From assembly GCF_009914755.1 (NCBI RefSeq), contig NC_060947.1: a DNA stretch of 64,000 nucleotides; one strand, 5' to 3'. Under the pieces are notes generated by a model. The model was not told the origin of the DNA and ran no database searches. It saw only the letters and a program-made list of their open reading frames with translations. How positions within the stretch are numbered: position 1 is the first letter of the stretch; every line of letters begins with the position of its first letter. Positions 27,035 through 40,400 of the stretch are shown here, piece by piece. A program made the position numbers and the translations under genes. This DNA comes from the human T2T-CHM13v2.0 reference genome, Homo sapiens.

Positions 27035-29724
27035 CTAGTAAGAAAATATTTTCAAATGTAATAGTGTGCAGTTCTGAAAAGAACATGCCTTTCAAAATGT
27101 CTCTGATTTCTCGCTCACATTTTCCCTTGTAAAATCCCCAGTAGCTTTGTCAAATTTGACGTTTGTATTATTCTGAGAGTATCTAATTGTTAGTGGTATA
27201 GTACTATAAGGTTACAATTTAAGAGCATTAGCTCAAACTGAAAAAATAAGTTCAATTACATTATATTCTTGTTTTAAGTAAGGATAGGTAAAATACTAAA
27301 GGTATAAATCTAATGTGTTTCAAAATAGTTATTTTGTCTACCATTTATATATTACTCTTTGTAATGAGCTCTTTATAATCATGATGTATGGATAAAATAA
27401 AATCTATCTACCTACCTTTGGATATAGCAATCTTTTATAGTTGGGATTTGTAATAAAATATGAATTATATCAATGTGAAATTGGTCACCAGAAAGATCTT
27501 TTTATAGTAGACCTCAAGATCAGATCAAAGATAATCTTTATTCCTTTTTTTTAAAGATAAAAACTACTTAGCTGATTTTCTTCTGAAAAAAAATCTGAGT
27601 TTATTTCAAAAAACCTTTCATGACACAAACCCATAGGTACATTTTATTCAATTATTCATGTATTATCCTATGCCAGTAAAAGATCTAAAGATGTAGCAAG
27701 ATGCTAAATGATTACAAACCACAAAAATGTCATAAGAGAAATCAGGGCTAATTAAATTTACAACTGATTTTAAAAGATTAACAGCATGGAGCTGTATATG
27801 TTACACTGGGATATTTCTAATTACAGGAAAGCATCCAAATCAATAGATCAAATACCCATATTTGCTGTTTCCAAGCAAGAAAAGACAATTGCAAATTCAT
27901 TGTCTTGAAATGCTTTTAAACACTGAGATTTTACCCTTAGGTTAACTGTAGTTTATGTCTGAAAGTGTAAAAGTTCTGTTTCTGTTTCAGGTTATTCATT
28001 TTGTAATAAACAATTTTCTCCCAAAGCACAGGGCTTCCCATGGGTAGTACTCACATTATGATTGTTGAAGTCACGTACATCAACCATAATCAGTCAAAAG
28101 CATTGTTCCTTGAGGAAATGAATTAAGAGTATGCAGTTGTGACGGGAGAAAAAATAATTGTCAAAGTTTCACATTGCTATGACTCCTCATCAAATGATGA
28201 GCTGAGACTAATGTATAAAATCAATCTAATGAAGCACAAACTTGTATTATCAATGTACATTATAATCATCTCTGTCTTCAATTTTAAAAAATTCTGATTA
28301 CAACGTAAAAAAATCTTCAATAGCGCTACAAAAATATGTTTAAACACCTTACATAAAATTTATTTTTATATCCCTCGAGGCATTGTTACAACACGCTCTT
28401 GTTGTCTAAATTTCCCCTGACATTTAACTAGGTCTAGACACAATCTAAACAAATTTTTAAGTGTGCTTTTTCTGGTATTACTGTTTGCCCCACCACATTA
28501 TATTTTTGCTGTGCACAACAAGTGGCTACAAAAGAAAAAAAATCTTTAGTAATAGTAGCCACCCTTTAACTTTAGAATTAACAAAACAATATCAAAACTG
28601 TAACATATTTATATATATACACATATGTGCGTGTGTGTATATATATATACATGTATAACAAAAATGCTGGTTTTATAAATGTACAGAAACTAAAATATTC
28701 AAAGCAAATATTAGTTTATCCTTTACTTGAGGGACTCTAAACCCTTAAAGGAAATGACCTATCAAAAATACAAAGATATATATTGAAAATTAGATAACCT
28801 GTTGGACCATCTATATATTACTCTTTGTAATGAGTGACAACACACCCCACCTGATTTAGATTCCTAACAAAAGCTGAATTTCACAGATAAAAATATAACA
28901 ATTCAATTATTGCATTTTTAAAGTGACTCTCAATAGTAGAATCTAGTATGGAATGTTACATATACGTAGATTAATTTTTCTTTAGATATGAATTTAAACT
29001 ACCCATTTCCAAGACACACAAATTTGCATGAATGTCGTTTTCAGAATATCTTTGTGGATCCTTTTCTTATTTCCCCCATGTTCTGGCAAGTTTAGATGTA
29101 GCATAATGATAAATAGAATTAATTTGTAGAATTAATTCCTAAATTAACACATTTTTTCCAAAACAATGATCTGCAACAGATTTATAGTAGATATCCCTCT
29201 GCATTTTTCAGATAATTATAGCTGCAAGGTTATCGTCCAATAACATGTATAAACAATAGCAATTTTAAAGCAATGTATGAAACTACCCAACATATTTTTT
29301 TCACATTATTATTTTAGGGTATCTACTTAAAGCCAGTTCTATTAACCTTGGAGCTGAATGCTAAGGGCATTCTATTTAAGAAAGTTTTCCATTATTCACT
29401 TTAAAATCTAAGAAGCTTGTTAAATAACCTAAATAATGGAGTGAAAAAAGAAGGAAACTGTGGTTTTAAATTCGAAATAACTGATTTCTCCCCAAAACTG
29501 TCCGAAGCACCATTGTTTTGTGACTTATAGCTATCATTATCAACTCGTACTACTTGTAAAAATACCTTACTAAAGTTCTGAAGAAATTCTGCTCTGCTAT
29601 CTTCTGAACACTTTGCTGGTGTGCAATTTACACAACTCCTGGTGTTTCTTACTAACTTTCGTTTTCTTTTGTGATCTTTCCTTTAACCTCACTTCAGAAA
29701 TATACTTGGACAGTGACTTCATAC

Positions 29725-29837
29725 CTCTGTCCTCTTCAGCATCCAGCAATGTACATAAAGAAATCTTGAATGGTCCTGTGATTTTAACGTCCACAATTTG
29801 CTGCGTGTCCAAAGGCGAAAGGAGCGGGCTCAGGCAG
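29725..29837 (-). pseudogene. Exon 3: SCLSPLLSPLDTQQIVDVKITGPFKISLCTLLDAEEDR
   Basis: gtttttcag acceptor and G|gtatga donor; open frame, phase 2 to 1. Confidence 0.8.
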
Positions 29838-30006
29838 CTGAAAAACTTCATCCTTAGAGAGAGCTTAACAGCTGCTTCCATTTACAGCTTTAAAAACGTA
29901 TCCTGGTTTACAAGAGTTTGCATATGTAGGCCAGACTACCAAACACCAGAAGATTTATTACAAATGAAATTTACACGTGCATGGGGGTGGGAAGCGCTGC
30001 AAAAAC

Positions 30007-30159
30007 CTTAGACTCCTCACTTCTGCTGCTTTACTGATTTTCAACTCGTATAGTTGTACCTCAGGCATGCAAGTCTTCCTGTCTAGCGCTCTGACGTTTT
30101 CCTTCAGCACAGCTGAGGTGAAACTTCTCAGATTTCTTAACTCTGCACTTGGCCACGCC
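30007..30159 (-). pseudogene. Exon 2: AWPSAELRNLRSFTSAVLKENVRALDRKTCMPEVQLYELKISKAAEVRSL
   Basis: ccttgtcag acceptor and AG|gttttt donor; open frame, phase 2 to 2. Confidence 0.7.
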
Positions 30160-30402
30160 CTGACAAGGCAAGCTGTCCTTCGCCGGCCCTCCCTCCCTTC
30201 CTCAAGCTACCACAATATTTATTTTAACTCAATCTGACCAATCCTTTGTGTTTAATTTTTAAAACAGCCTACCATCCTATAACAAAATTCAATATTCAGT
30301 GGGCTTTCTTTAAAAAATAATAAATAAACCCCCCACTGATATCCACTTGGCCTAAAAGGAAAAGTTGGGTTTCTGCTTTCCCTGAGAGCAGCACTCCCTT
30401 AT

Positions 30403-30680
30403 CCCTGGAACGCCGCGCCCTGCGTGGTTCCCCGCCCTCCCCACGCGCGGGGGCGCCCTGACAGTCCCCTGCTGCTCCTCTGCTGGGCGCCACAACTTTC
30501 CCCAACCCGTGCCAACTTCCAGGGCACAGCCTCTGCGGAGAGTAGCAGGGTACAGTGAATAACCCAGACACTAAAAAGCAAGGCAGCGGGGGTCCTACCA
30601 GCGCGGCTTTTGATGACGTCGGTGAATCCGTCCTCAGCGGCATTTTCTGGGGTCTCCTGCAGACCCCTCAGCTGTGCCAT
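30403..30680 (-). pseudogene. Exon 1 (coding part): MAQLRGLQETPENAAEDGFTDVIKSRAG...TQGAAFQG
   Basis: ATG in strong context (gttATGG) inside the CpG island. The open frame reaches CAG GG|ataagg, a decayed donor in phase 2 that fits exon 2. An alternative intact donor ctg|gtagga ends the exon at 30599 in phase 1. Confidence 0.55.
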
Positions 30681-31130
30681 AACCAAACGCCACGTGCCTC
30701 AGCTTCCTCACGCCCCAAACTTTGGAAGGCAGGTGGGTCCGCGTGCGGTCCGTTTGATGCTCTCCACAGCAGGTCTCGCTGAGGATCTAGTGTGTCTGAG
30801 GATGGATTTTCCCTCCTCCCTAGGCCCTCAGCCACGGAGATGGGGATGCGGGGGGCGCGGGGCGGCTGGGGGGAGCTTGAAAACGCAGAAACACAGACAC
30901 CTTAGCGTGGGTTGGTTGAAAGAGGGCGCCGTCAAAATGCCCACCCCATCCTTAGAGACGAAAAACAGGTGCTGTTCCCAGCTCCTGGCTCTAAAATAGA
31001 GTGGGCGAGGCCTGGAAGGTGAAAGCTGAGGAGGGACCTGGTGGTCAATACACCCACAAGCAAGTTGACGACTCGCTTTTCCACGCTGCGCAGAATCGAT
31101 GCAAAAACAGGAGCAATTAGGGAGCCGCTT
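30410..31130. promoter_or_regulatory. CpG island / probable promoter of the minus-strand locus
   Basis: The only non-repeat GC- and CpG-rich stretch in an AT-rich window. It contains the exon 1 ATG, TGACGTC at 30614-30620, CACGTG at 30691-30696 and GC boxes near 30853-30866. Confidence 0.8.
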
Positions 31131-31697
31131 GCCAAAAGCAGCACATGAGGTCATGAATGATTTAGCATTGCCACTTAGAAGATGACTACACTGACAAGAA
31201 GGGTCACTGGTTTTAGCTATCTGGGTCACTTACACGTGTGTACCCCACTTTTGTATCCTGACTTGAGTGCACTGACCAGACATGGGTAATATATGCCAAG
31301 GACTATCCATTTTCTTAGGAGATTTCACCAAAGCTACCCACTCTTCTCTCAGTGCATATGTTCACTCTGACTGCCTCCTCCATTCCTTCCTCCCACCACT
31401 GAGGCTAGAATTAGATTGGACTATAAACAGCTCGTATGACTTTATTTTCTAAAAATTTCAGAAGTGACTTTCATTTGGTTAGTATCCTTACTCCCTCCCC
31501 CACCTCCCCACACACATAACTCATCCTGCATTTCTTCCTGCAGTAGCCCAATAACTTTAAATCCTATCCATCATCTACTGAAGAAAAATTAACTTTGCAA
31601 GAGGAACTTGGCAAGGGACCTAGCAATAGCTAAGGATTTTCTTTTCTTGTTTTCGTCTGCATTTTCATTCAAAGTAGATGCTTATCCTTTTCTAAAA

Positions 31698-31835
31698 CAC
31701 TGGCTCTCGACTATGACTAGACATTGGAATCATCTGTGGAGTTTTACCAAAAAACTGTTTCCTGGTTTCCACACCCAGAGATGCCGATTAATTGTTCTGG
31801 TGATTCCAATGTGCAACCAAGTTTTAAAAACATTG
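31698..31835. mobile_element. MER5-family fragment
   Basis: cattggaatcatctgtggag...gtgattccaatgtgcaaccaagttt. Confidence 0.55.
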
Positions 31836-32618
31836 ATAAAATGGCCTGTACACAGTCAATTTGGCGCCTTCTTTAAGACAATTTTGCCAGCGACTCTGTT
31901 CCATTCCTATTATAATACCTTTAATAAAAACCTAATATGTTTGCCGTCCTGTTTTTCATTGCCAAGTTGACCCTTTTCATGGCAGTGGATACTTTATTTT
32001 GACAAAAACTTAGTGGTTAGTCTTGACTACAGAATTTTCTTAGATTCAACCTGCGCTGACTCTCAGGATGGATTGTCAACTGGGTACCTTTCAATTAGAT
32101 CTTGATCTTGAGAATTTATGCCTATTGGAAATCTTTGTTGACAGAAGACCTCTTAGGTTTCCCAAGTGCCCATTTTTTTTAGACTCGTCAGTTCTATTTT
32201 TAGCAATTTCAAGTGGGAAATATTTAGAATTATAGCACAGCTCCTATTAAAGAGAGGTATAAAAGTATGAAAATTATCCAGAATTTAAAAAAAAAAAGGG
32301 TTGTGACATAGTACATTTTATATCATCAAGCCACTACTATTAGAAGAATATGGTATTGGAACAGGAAGAGACAAAATGGAAAAACAAAGTAGTACTCAGA
32401 AATAGATCCAGCCAAAGGGAATGTACTAAATATGACATTTTAATTCATTCATTAAAAAACTGAATATATAATGATTATCTTTTCATAAAGTTAGACTTTC
32501 CTAACTTAAACTAAAAAAATTCTAGATAGATTACAGATTCAACTATACAAAAATGAAACCAAATAAGTGATGAATCTATAGCAGTTTGAGTTATGGGGCA
32601 TTCTTAACCCAAACACTA

Positions 32619-33056
<438 letters not shown>

Positions 33057-33714
33057 TTAATATCTCTATTTTAATACAAGTCTACAAATTGATTTGAAGA
33101 CAGAAATACAATTTAAAAAATATATAATCTGAACAGAAAAACCACAAAAGAGGACAGGCAAATAACCAATACAATTATGAGGAAGTAGTCAATATTCTCA
33201 TAGTCAAAAAGGCAAAATGAAATAACATTTCCTGCCCATGAGCTGGACGAGAAAACAAACAGATGGAATAACATTCAGTGCTGGAATGGGTGTGAGAAAA
33301 GAAGCTCTTAATAATCTCTACTGGTGAAGTATTGATACAATATTTTAAGAAAGTAACCTGAGAACAGCTATGGAAAAGTCCACAATCTTTTGCCCATCAA
33401 TCCCTCCTTAAGAATCTATCAAAAATAAAATCACTAGTATGTAAGGATATATGTAAGATTGTTTACTGAAGCCGTGTCTAAAAGAATACATTCATTGAAA
33501 TCACTCTAAATGTCTTTCAACTCAGAACTCACTGAAGCAATCTGATTATACCAAATAATGGGGTATTTAGTACCTGCTAAAAGTATGTTATGTACCTTAT
33601 ACAAATTATTATCGGACTAAATACAGTGCTATATTCGAAGAACAATATATCACAACAAAACTGGGTGTATTTGGGCAAGGAAACGTCATTTTTTTTCTTT
33701 TTCATTTCAGAATT

Positions 33715-34590
33715 TTGTTTTAATTTTTAATTTTTGTGGGTACAGAGTAGGTATATCTATTTATAGGTTATATGAGATATTTCAATACAGGCACACAATA
33801 CATAATAATCACATCAGGGTAAATGTTGGATCTATCACCTCAAGCATTTATCCTTTCTTTGTGTTACAGACAATCCAATTATACTCTTTAAGTTATTTTA
33901 CAGTGTACAACAAATTATTGTTTACTGTAGTCACCCTGTTTTGCAAACAAATACAGATCTTATTCATTCTATCTAACTATACTTTTGTACCTATTAACCA
34001 TCCCCACTCTCCATCCCATTACCCTTCCCATCCTCTGGTAACCATCATTCTACTTTCTATCTTGATGAGTTTAATTGTTTTAATTTTTAGCTCCCACAAA
34101 TAAGCAAGAACATGCAAAGTTTGTCTTGCTGTGCCTGGCTTATTTCACTTAACATAATGACCTCCGGTTCGATCCATGTTGTTGCAAATGACAGGGTATC
34201 ATTCTTTTTATGGCTGGATAGTTCTCCATTTTGTATAAGCACGACATTTTCTTTATCCATTCATCTGTTGATGGACACTTACGTTGCTTCCAAATCTTGG
34301 CTATTGTGACTAGTGCTGCAATAAACAAGAGAGTGCAGTTATCTCTTTTATATACTGATTTCCTTTCTTTTGGATGTATACCTAGCAATGAGATTGCTGA
34401 ATTATATAGCAGGTCTATTTTCAGTTTTCTGAGGAACTTCCAAAGTGTTCTACATAGTGGTGGTTCTAATTTACATTTCCATCAACAGTATAAGAGGGTT
34501 CCCTTTTCTCCACATTCTCACCAGCATTTGTTATCACCTGTCTTTTGGATAAAAGCCATTTTAACTGGGATGAGATGTTATCTCATTGTA
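33715..34590 (-). mobile_element. L1MA 3' end
   Basis: tttttgtgggtacagagtaggtatat...ttcacttaacataatga motifs. Confidence 0.9.
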
Positions 34591-34594
34591 ACAC

Positions 34595-37350
34595 TTGAAA
34601 ACCAATTGATGTGACCCATCACATTAAAAATATGAAGGATGAAAACAAATATAAAAAAAGTATTGGAAAAAATTAATTCCCTCACATGAACACGTGCACT
34701 CTCGCGTGCACACACACACAAACACACACACACCCTTCCTGGGAAACTGGAAGTAGAAGAGATGTAACTTGATCTGATAAAAAGTATCTATAAGTAATCT
34801 ACAACAATGTATTTAATTAATATACTACTTAATATAATAAGTCAGGAAAATGAAATTAAAGGTATACAGTTAGAGCGAAAAAAGCTTTTATTATTTACAG
34901 ACTAAACATGCATAGAAAATTCGAAGAACCATCAGATAAAATATTAGAATTAATAAGTGGATTTAATGAGGTTTCTGGATACCATGTGAATATCCAAAAG
35001 TTAATTGTAATTTTCAAGAGTAAACAGTTAGAAAGTGGTATTTTTTTAAAATAATGCCATCAATAAATCAAAAATAAATAAATGTATAAAATATGTTTGA
35101 GATACCTAAGCAGAAACATATATTATGAATGAGAGGATTTAAAGAAAACGTATCTAAATGGAAAACTATGTCATGCTCATGGGTTGGCAGAATCAACATT
35201 ATAAAGATGTAAACTCTCAAAAATTGATCTGTAGAGTCACTGAAATCCTAATCAACCCCATCAGGAGTGTGCGTGTGTGTGTGTGCGCACATTATAAAAA
35301 TTTATGTGGACATGCAAAGGTCCAACATAGCCACGACAATCTTAAAAAGAACAAAGTGGGAAATTTTATACTAACAGATATTACCAATTATTATGAAACA
35401 ATTGAAATTCAAACAGTGTGTTTTTGGTGTGAATACAGATAACTAGAACAATGGAACATAAGAGAGAGTCTAAAAACAGGCTCACACATATATAGTTACC
35501 TGATTTACAGCAAAGGTGACACTGAAGTTCAGTAGGGAATGAATCGTCTTTTCTATAAATTATGTGGGATCAACTGGAGATTAGATTTTAGACTTAAATG
35601 TGAAAGCTGTGAAAGAAATAATTCTAGAAGATAACATAAGAGAATAGTTTCATGACCTTGGTGGGGACATTTTTTAAACAAGATATAAAATCACCAGCTT
35701 AAAAATATTGGCATATTGGCTTCATTAAAGCAAGAAATTTTACTCATCAGAAGGCTTCACTAGGAGATCACAGAGTGGGAAATAATATGTTAATGAAATG
35801 TTATATTAAGCAAGCAAATTATACTTTAATATTTATAGTATCTCATTGAAAAAATAAAACTCTATATGAGTGTGTGTTTTGTTTAAATAAGCAACTACAG
35901 AAAACATACATATGAACACACAAAAGAGACACTATGAGATTATAAAAGTGAAGGAATAGTTTATGAGCCTCTGAGCTGCTTAAGCTTCTAAAGGCTGATA
36001 GAGTAGGTAACTAGAAATGTTGCTTATTATTTCATTCTTTAAAAACATTTTCAAAAGTTAGTTTGAAGTCTGCCTGGAAACTGTCTGGTGAAGATGATCA
36101 AGGCAATGAAAAGGAAACTATTAAAATCTTTAAAATCTTCCTTATTCCAAATCCACACTGTTGTATTGTCATATTGGCTTCATTAAAACAAGAAATTTTA
36201 TTCATCAGAAGACCTCACTAAGAGACAGAGAGACTGAAAAAGGAAATCAGAGAATGGGAAATGATATTTGTGTATACGTTTAAAAAAAAAAAGCTAGTAT
36301 CCAGAATATATTTTAAAAACTCATAACAATCAATAAAAATCTATTTTTAACAAAATAAGTGAAAGATTTTAAAATATGTTGCACCAAAAAGATATCAGAA
36401 TGACCAATAAAAATATGAAAGAACCAGATACAGAGCACTTGCCTGTAGTCCCATCTACTCAGGAGGCTGACACAAGAGAGTCACTTGAGCCCAGGAGTTT
36501 GTGTCCAGCCAGGATAACCTAGGGGAGACTTTGTCTCTTAAAAAAAAAAATGAAAGGATGTTTAACATTGTAAAAGCATCAAGTAATTAATATTAAAACC
36601 ACAAAGCAAAACAACTACATACCCATTGTAATGGCCATAATCAAAATTAAAAAAAAAAAAAACAGAACTGAAAATACTAAGTATTGTTGTAAGTGTGATG
36701 TGATTGGAAAACCCTTCCACACTGTTTATGGAAGTGAAAATTGACCCTCCTGCTTTGACAAACTATTGGTAGAATATACTAAAACAAAAATGTTGCATTC
36801 TGCATGACATATAAATTCCACCTTTAAGATAGATTAATCAAAAGATAGGAACAGTAAGGTTCAGTGCAGTGTTTGTCATAATAGCCACAATTAGAAACAA
36901 CCCTTATATGCCGCAACATTAAAATTAATAAAGATACATGGCTCTATTCAAATAAATGAATGCTATACAGAAATAGAAATGAATGGACTACTGATACATG
37001 CAATACCATGCGTGGACTTCACAGACATAATTTGAGTGAAAGAAACCAAACATAGAAGGTGTGTATTATGTAATTATATTTATGCAAGGGTTAAAAGTAG
37101 AGAAAACCCAACCTATGCTAATAGAAAACCAGGTAGAACCAATTTATGGTGTTACACGATAAAAGTGGTTACCTTTAGAGGGAAGCAATGTTCGGGACCA
37201 GGTAACAAAAATGCTTGTGAGATTATTAAAATGCCTATATCTTGATCTGGGTGATCGATATACTCAATGTTAATTGTGTAAAAAGTAATGAAGCTCTGCA
37301 TTTATGATTCATGTATTTTTATGTATGTATCTTTCTGTGTCATATTCCGT
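34595..37350 (+). mobile_element. Ancient L1M ORF2/3'UTR, containing an Alu monomer (36424-36550) and a local duplication
   Basis: Diverged ORF2 motifs, e.g. gcagaatcaacattataaagatg and aattaatattaaaaccaca. Confidence 0.75.
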
Positions 37351-38067
37351 TTTTTAAAATAAGCATAGATTAAAGTTACATGTAAATATTTTTAGATATA
37401 TTTGTGGAATGCTGTATGAAACAAGCAAATTATAGTTTGATATTTATAGTATTTCAGGGAAAAAATAAAACCCTGTATTATGTGAGTGTATATATTGTTT
37501 AAGCAACTGTATAAAAATGTGTATGAACACACAAAGGGGAAACTATGACATTATAAAAGTGAAGGAAGATTTTGTGAGCTTCTGAGCTTCTTAAGCTTCT
37601 AAAGGCTGATAGAGTAGGTAGCTAGAAAGGTTGCTCATTATTTTATTCTATTGAAAACATTTTCAAAAGTTAGTTTGAAGTCTGCCTGGAAACTGTCTGT
37701 GAAGATGATCAAGCAATAATCATCTTATAGTCTTCCATATTCCAATTCTAAACTGTTGTATTTATTTCAACAAATATAAAAATAGATTTCCTAACATTTT
37801 CTTATTCAAAAATGTTGGGGTTAGAGAGGTTAGAATACCTCTCTTTAGATGAGCCATTTACATCTAGATGACTGCTTAACTGGCTCATACAAATTTCAGA
37901 TATTGTTCCCTTAGGATATTGTCCAGAGTAAAAGAATTCCATGGACTCCTGCAGAATGTTCAGTTACTCTACACCACAGAATGCATTTGCACCTAAGGAG
38001 ATATGAGACATTCAAATAATATCATGTCAAAGAGTTTTTTTCAGATTACCTGCTAAAGCCATTTATT

Positions 38068-38440
38068 ATTATTTTTTAAATTATACTTTAAGTTCTGGGA
38101 TACATGTGCAGAACGTGTAGGTTTGTTACATAGGTATACATGTGCCATGGTGGTTTGCTGCACCCATCAACCTGTCGTCTACATTAGGTATTTCTCCTAA
38201 TGCTATCCCTCCCCTAGCTCCCCCACCCTCTGACAGGCCCTGGTGTGTGATGTTCCCCTCCCTGTGTCCATGTGTTCTCATTGTTCAACTCCCACTTATG
38301 AGTGAGAACATGCAATGTTTGGTTTTCTCTTCCTGTGTTAGTTTGCTAAGAATAATGGTTTCCAGCTTCATCCATGTCCCTGCAAAGGACATGAATTCAT
38401 CCTTTTTTATGGCTGCATAGTATTCCATGGTTTATATGTG
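38068..38440 (-). mobile_element. L1PA 3' end with TSD
   Basis: L1PA 3'UTR; TSD aagccatttatt / aagccgtttatt. Confidence 0.9.
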
Positions 38441-39964
38441 AAGCCGTTTATTTTATGAACTGTCCAACTAGAATATGAACAATATAGTATAATTAACCAA
38501 AACTCCGCCAATTTAATTGTGAATGGATTATTATATCTTAGAAGTTCTCAAATATGGCACATATGTATTACACTAAAAATAAGCCTTCCACGAAGTTTCA
38601 TGTAGTTTCCTTTAGCAGAGAATGCTGAACTCTATTATAGATGTATGTTTTATGTACTGTCATCACTTTATATAGAAATATCCATCGATTGCATGAGAGA
38701 ACTTTCATGAATCAACATGGCTATTAGTTTTCTCTTAACAGAGATATTTTAGAAAACACAGTTAGAAATATGTGTATTTTAGGGATGCAGAGAAAGCATT
38801 TTTCCCTAGGAGACTGGAAATTTAGTTTATATTTTTAGATTCCTGTCATGGGTTCTGCAAATGTTTCTAAGAAACATTTTCTACACAATCAAGGATAATT
38901 TGAATCACAACATTTTCTTATTCTTCCAAATGTATATTTTTTAGGGATCTCTTTGAAATTTTTGACTACTAGAATGATCTAAATTTAAGCATGCACTTGC
39001 CTTCTGGTGTGTCCTCAGACTGGGTGAGTTCTGGGAGAAGAGGGAATGTTGCCTCAGTAATGATGATCTACTAATGCTAGAGCTAAAACCTATGTGTTAG
39101 ACTTTTCTGTTAACTATCTAAAATGATCAATATCCCTTGCTTCTCAAGATCAGTTTCGTAGATTGAATCTTGTAAAGAGGTTAATTTTTCTCATCCTCAC
39201 TGATCATCATGCTAAGTCCCAGAGGTAAGGAATGGTAAAGAAATTATACCTCTTGATCGGGTAGTACCGAAGTTCTGGAAGAATGTGTGGAATTGAAGAT
39301 GTTCCTGTCATAATTTTTAGAAATGCAATTTGTCACATGGTAAAGAAAAAAATGATGCTCTGTATGGTTAAGAGAAGATTTGGGCAACAACCCAGTTGTA
39401 TTTGGCAAAATGAATCTGTGTGTAGAAGTTGTTTATTTTTACTTTTGGCTTCTGTCTGCGATAAAAATGAATGATCAGCATTTCTTTCTAGACTTGGTCC
39501 ATATCAAATTTATTTCCTATTTATATAGATCATCTTAAAGAGACCACTACTGTCTGCAATTCTAATTTTTGGATTTTTATCTTGGCCTGAAATTTTCACT
39601 CAGAAACTAGTATGCTTCCTCCTTCTGTTACTCACTAAGCTGGCCTTTGACTTGACATTATGGACTTCTGGAAACAGCTGTGCTATAACTGTATCTCAAA
39701 AATGTTTACTCCTCATCAGTTATTTAATCAGGAATGGCTATGCATTTGATAATTTTTGGCAAATACTGGGTCTCCAAACGATAATAGTTTTAGAACTGCT
39801 GATGGTAGTAGCTACTTAGTAGTTTATTCCAGACTTTTAAAAAAGAAAATGAAATTCAGAATGCTCTCTAGGTCACACAGAAAATTAGTAACAGATCCAT
39901 AACTGGAAGTAGATTCTGAGACAAGAAATTGAAGGAACGTAATTTATTTGGGAGGCAATACCTG

Positions 39965-40400
39965 GTAATACTTTGCTGCATAACAAGCCACCTCAAAATG
40001 CAGTGGCTTAAAACAATGACAGCCTTTATTTTGTTTACAAGTTTGTAAATTTAGGCAGCATTTGACATAAACAGCTGATCTCTGCCCCAGATGGTATCAT
40101 AGGGAGAGGCTCAAAGGCTGAGGACTAGAATTTTCTAAAAACGTATTCCCTCCTCACTCATGTATTTGTGGTTGATACTAGCTGCTAGTTGAGACCTTTG
40201 CTGGGTTTGTGATCAGAACATTTATACATGGCCTTTCTGCGTTACTGCTTGGCTTCTTCATAGTAAAGAGGCTGGCGTCCAAGTTGATAGTTAGAAAATA
40301 GAAAGCCAGGAAGAATCTATAACATCTTTTATGACCTAACTTTGTAAGTCATCCAACGTCACTTCAGCCACATTAAAATCAGGAAGCCCATCACCAAGGC
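39965..40400. mobile_element. MLT1 LTR
   Basis: gctgcataacaagccacctcaaaatgcagtggcttaaaacaa motif. Confidence 0.7.

Noticed and set aside
29613-30237. Plus-strand ORFs of 132 aa and 86 aa
   Set aside because: They are antisense shadows of exons 2-3, with non-ATG starts and no recognisable protein features.
30296-31229. Overlapping 70-133 aa ORFs on both strands in the CpG island, other than the exon 1 frame
   Set aside because: Stop-poor GC-rich DNA gives such ORFs by chance; no splice or homology support.
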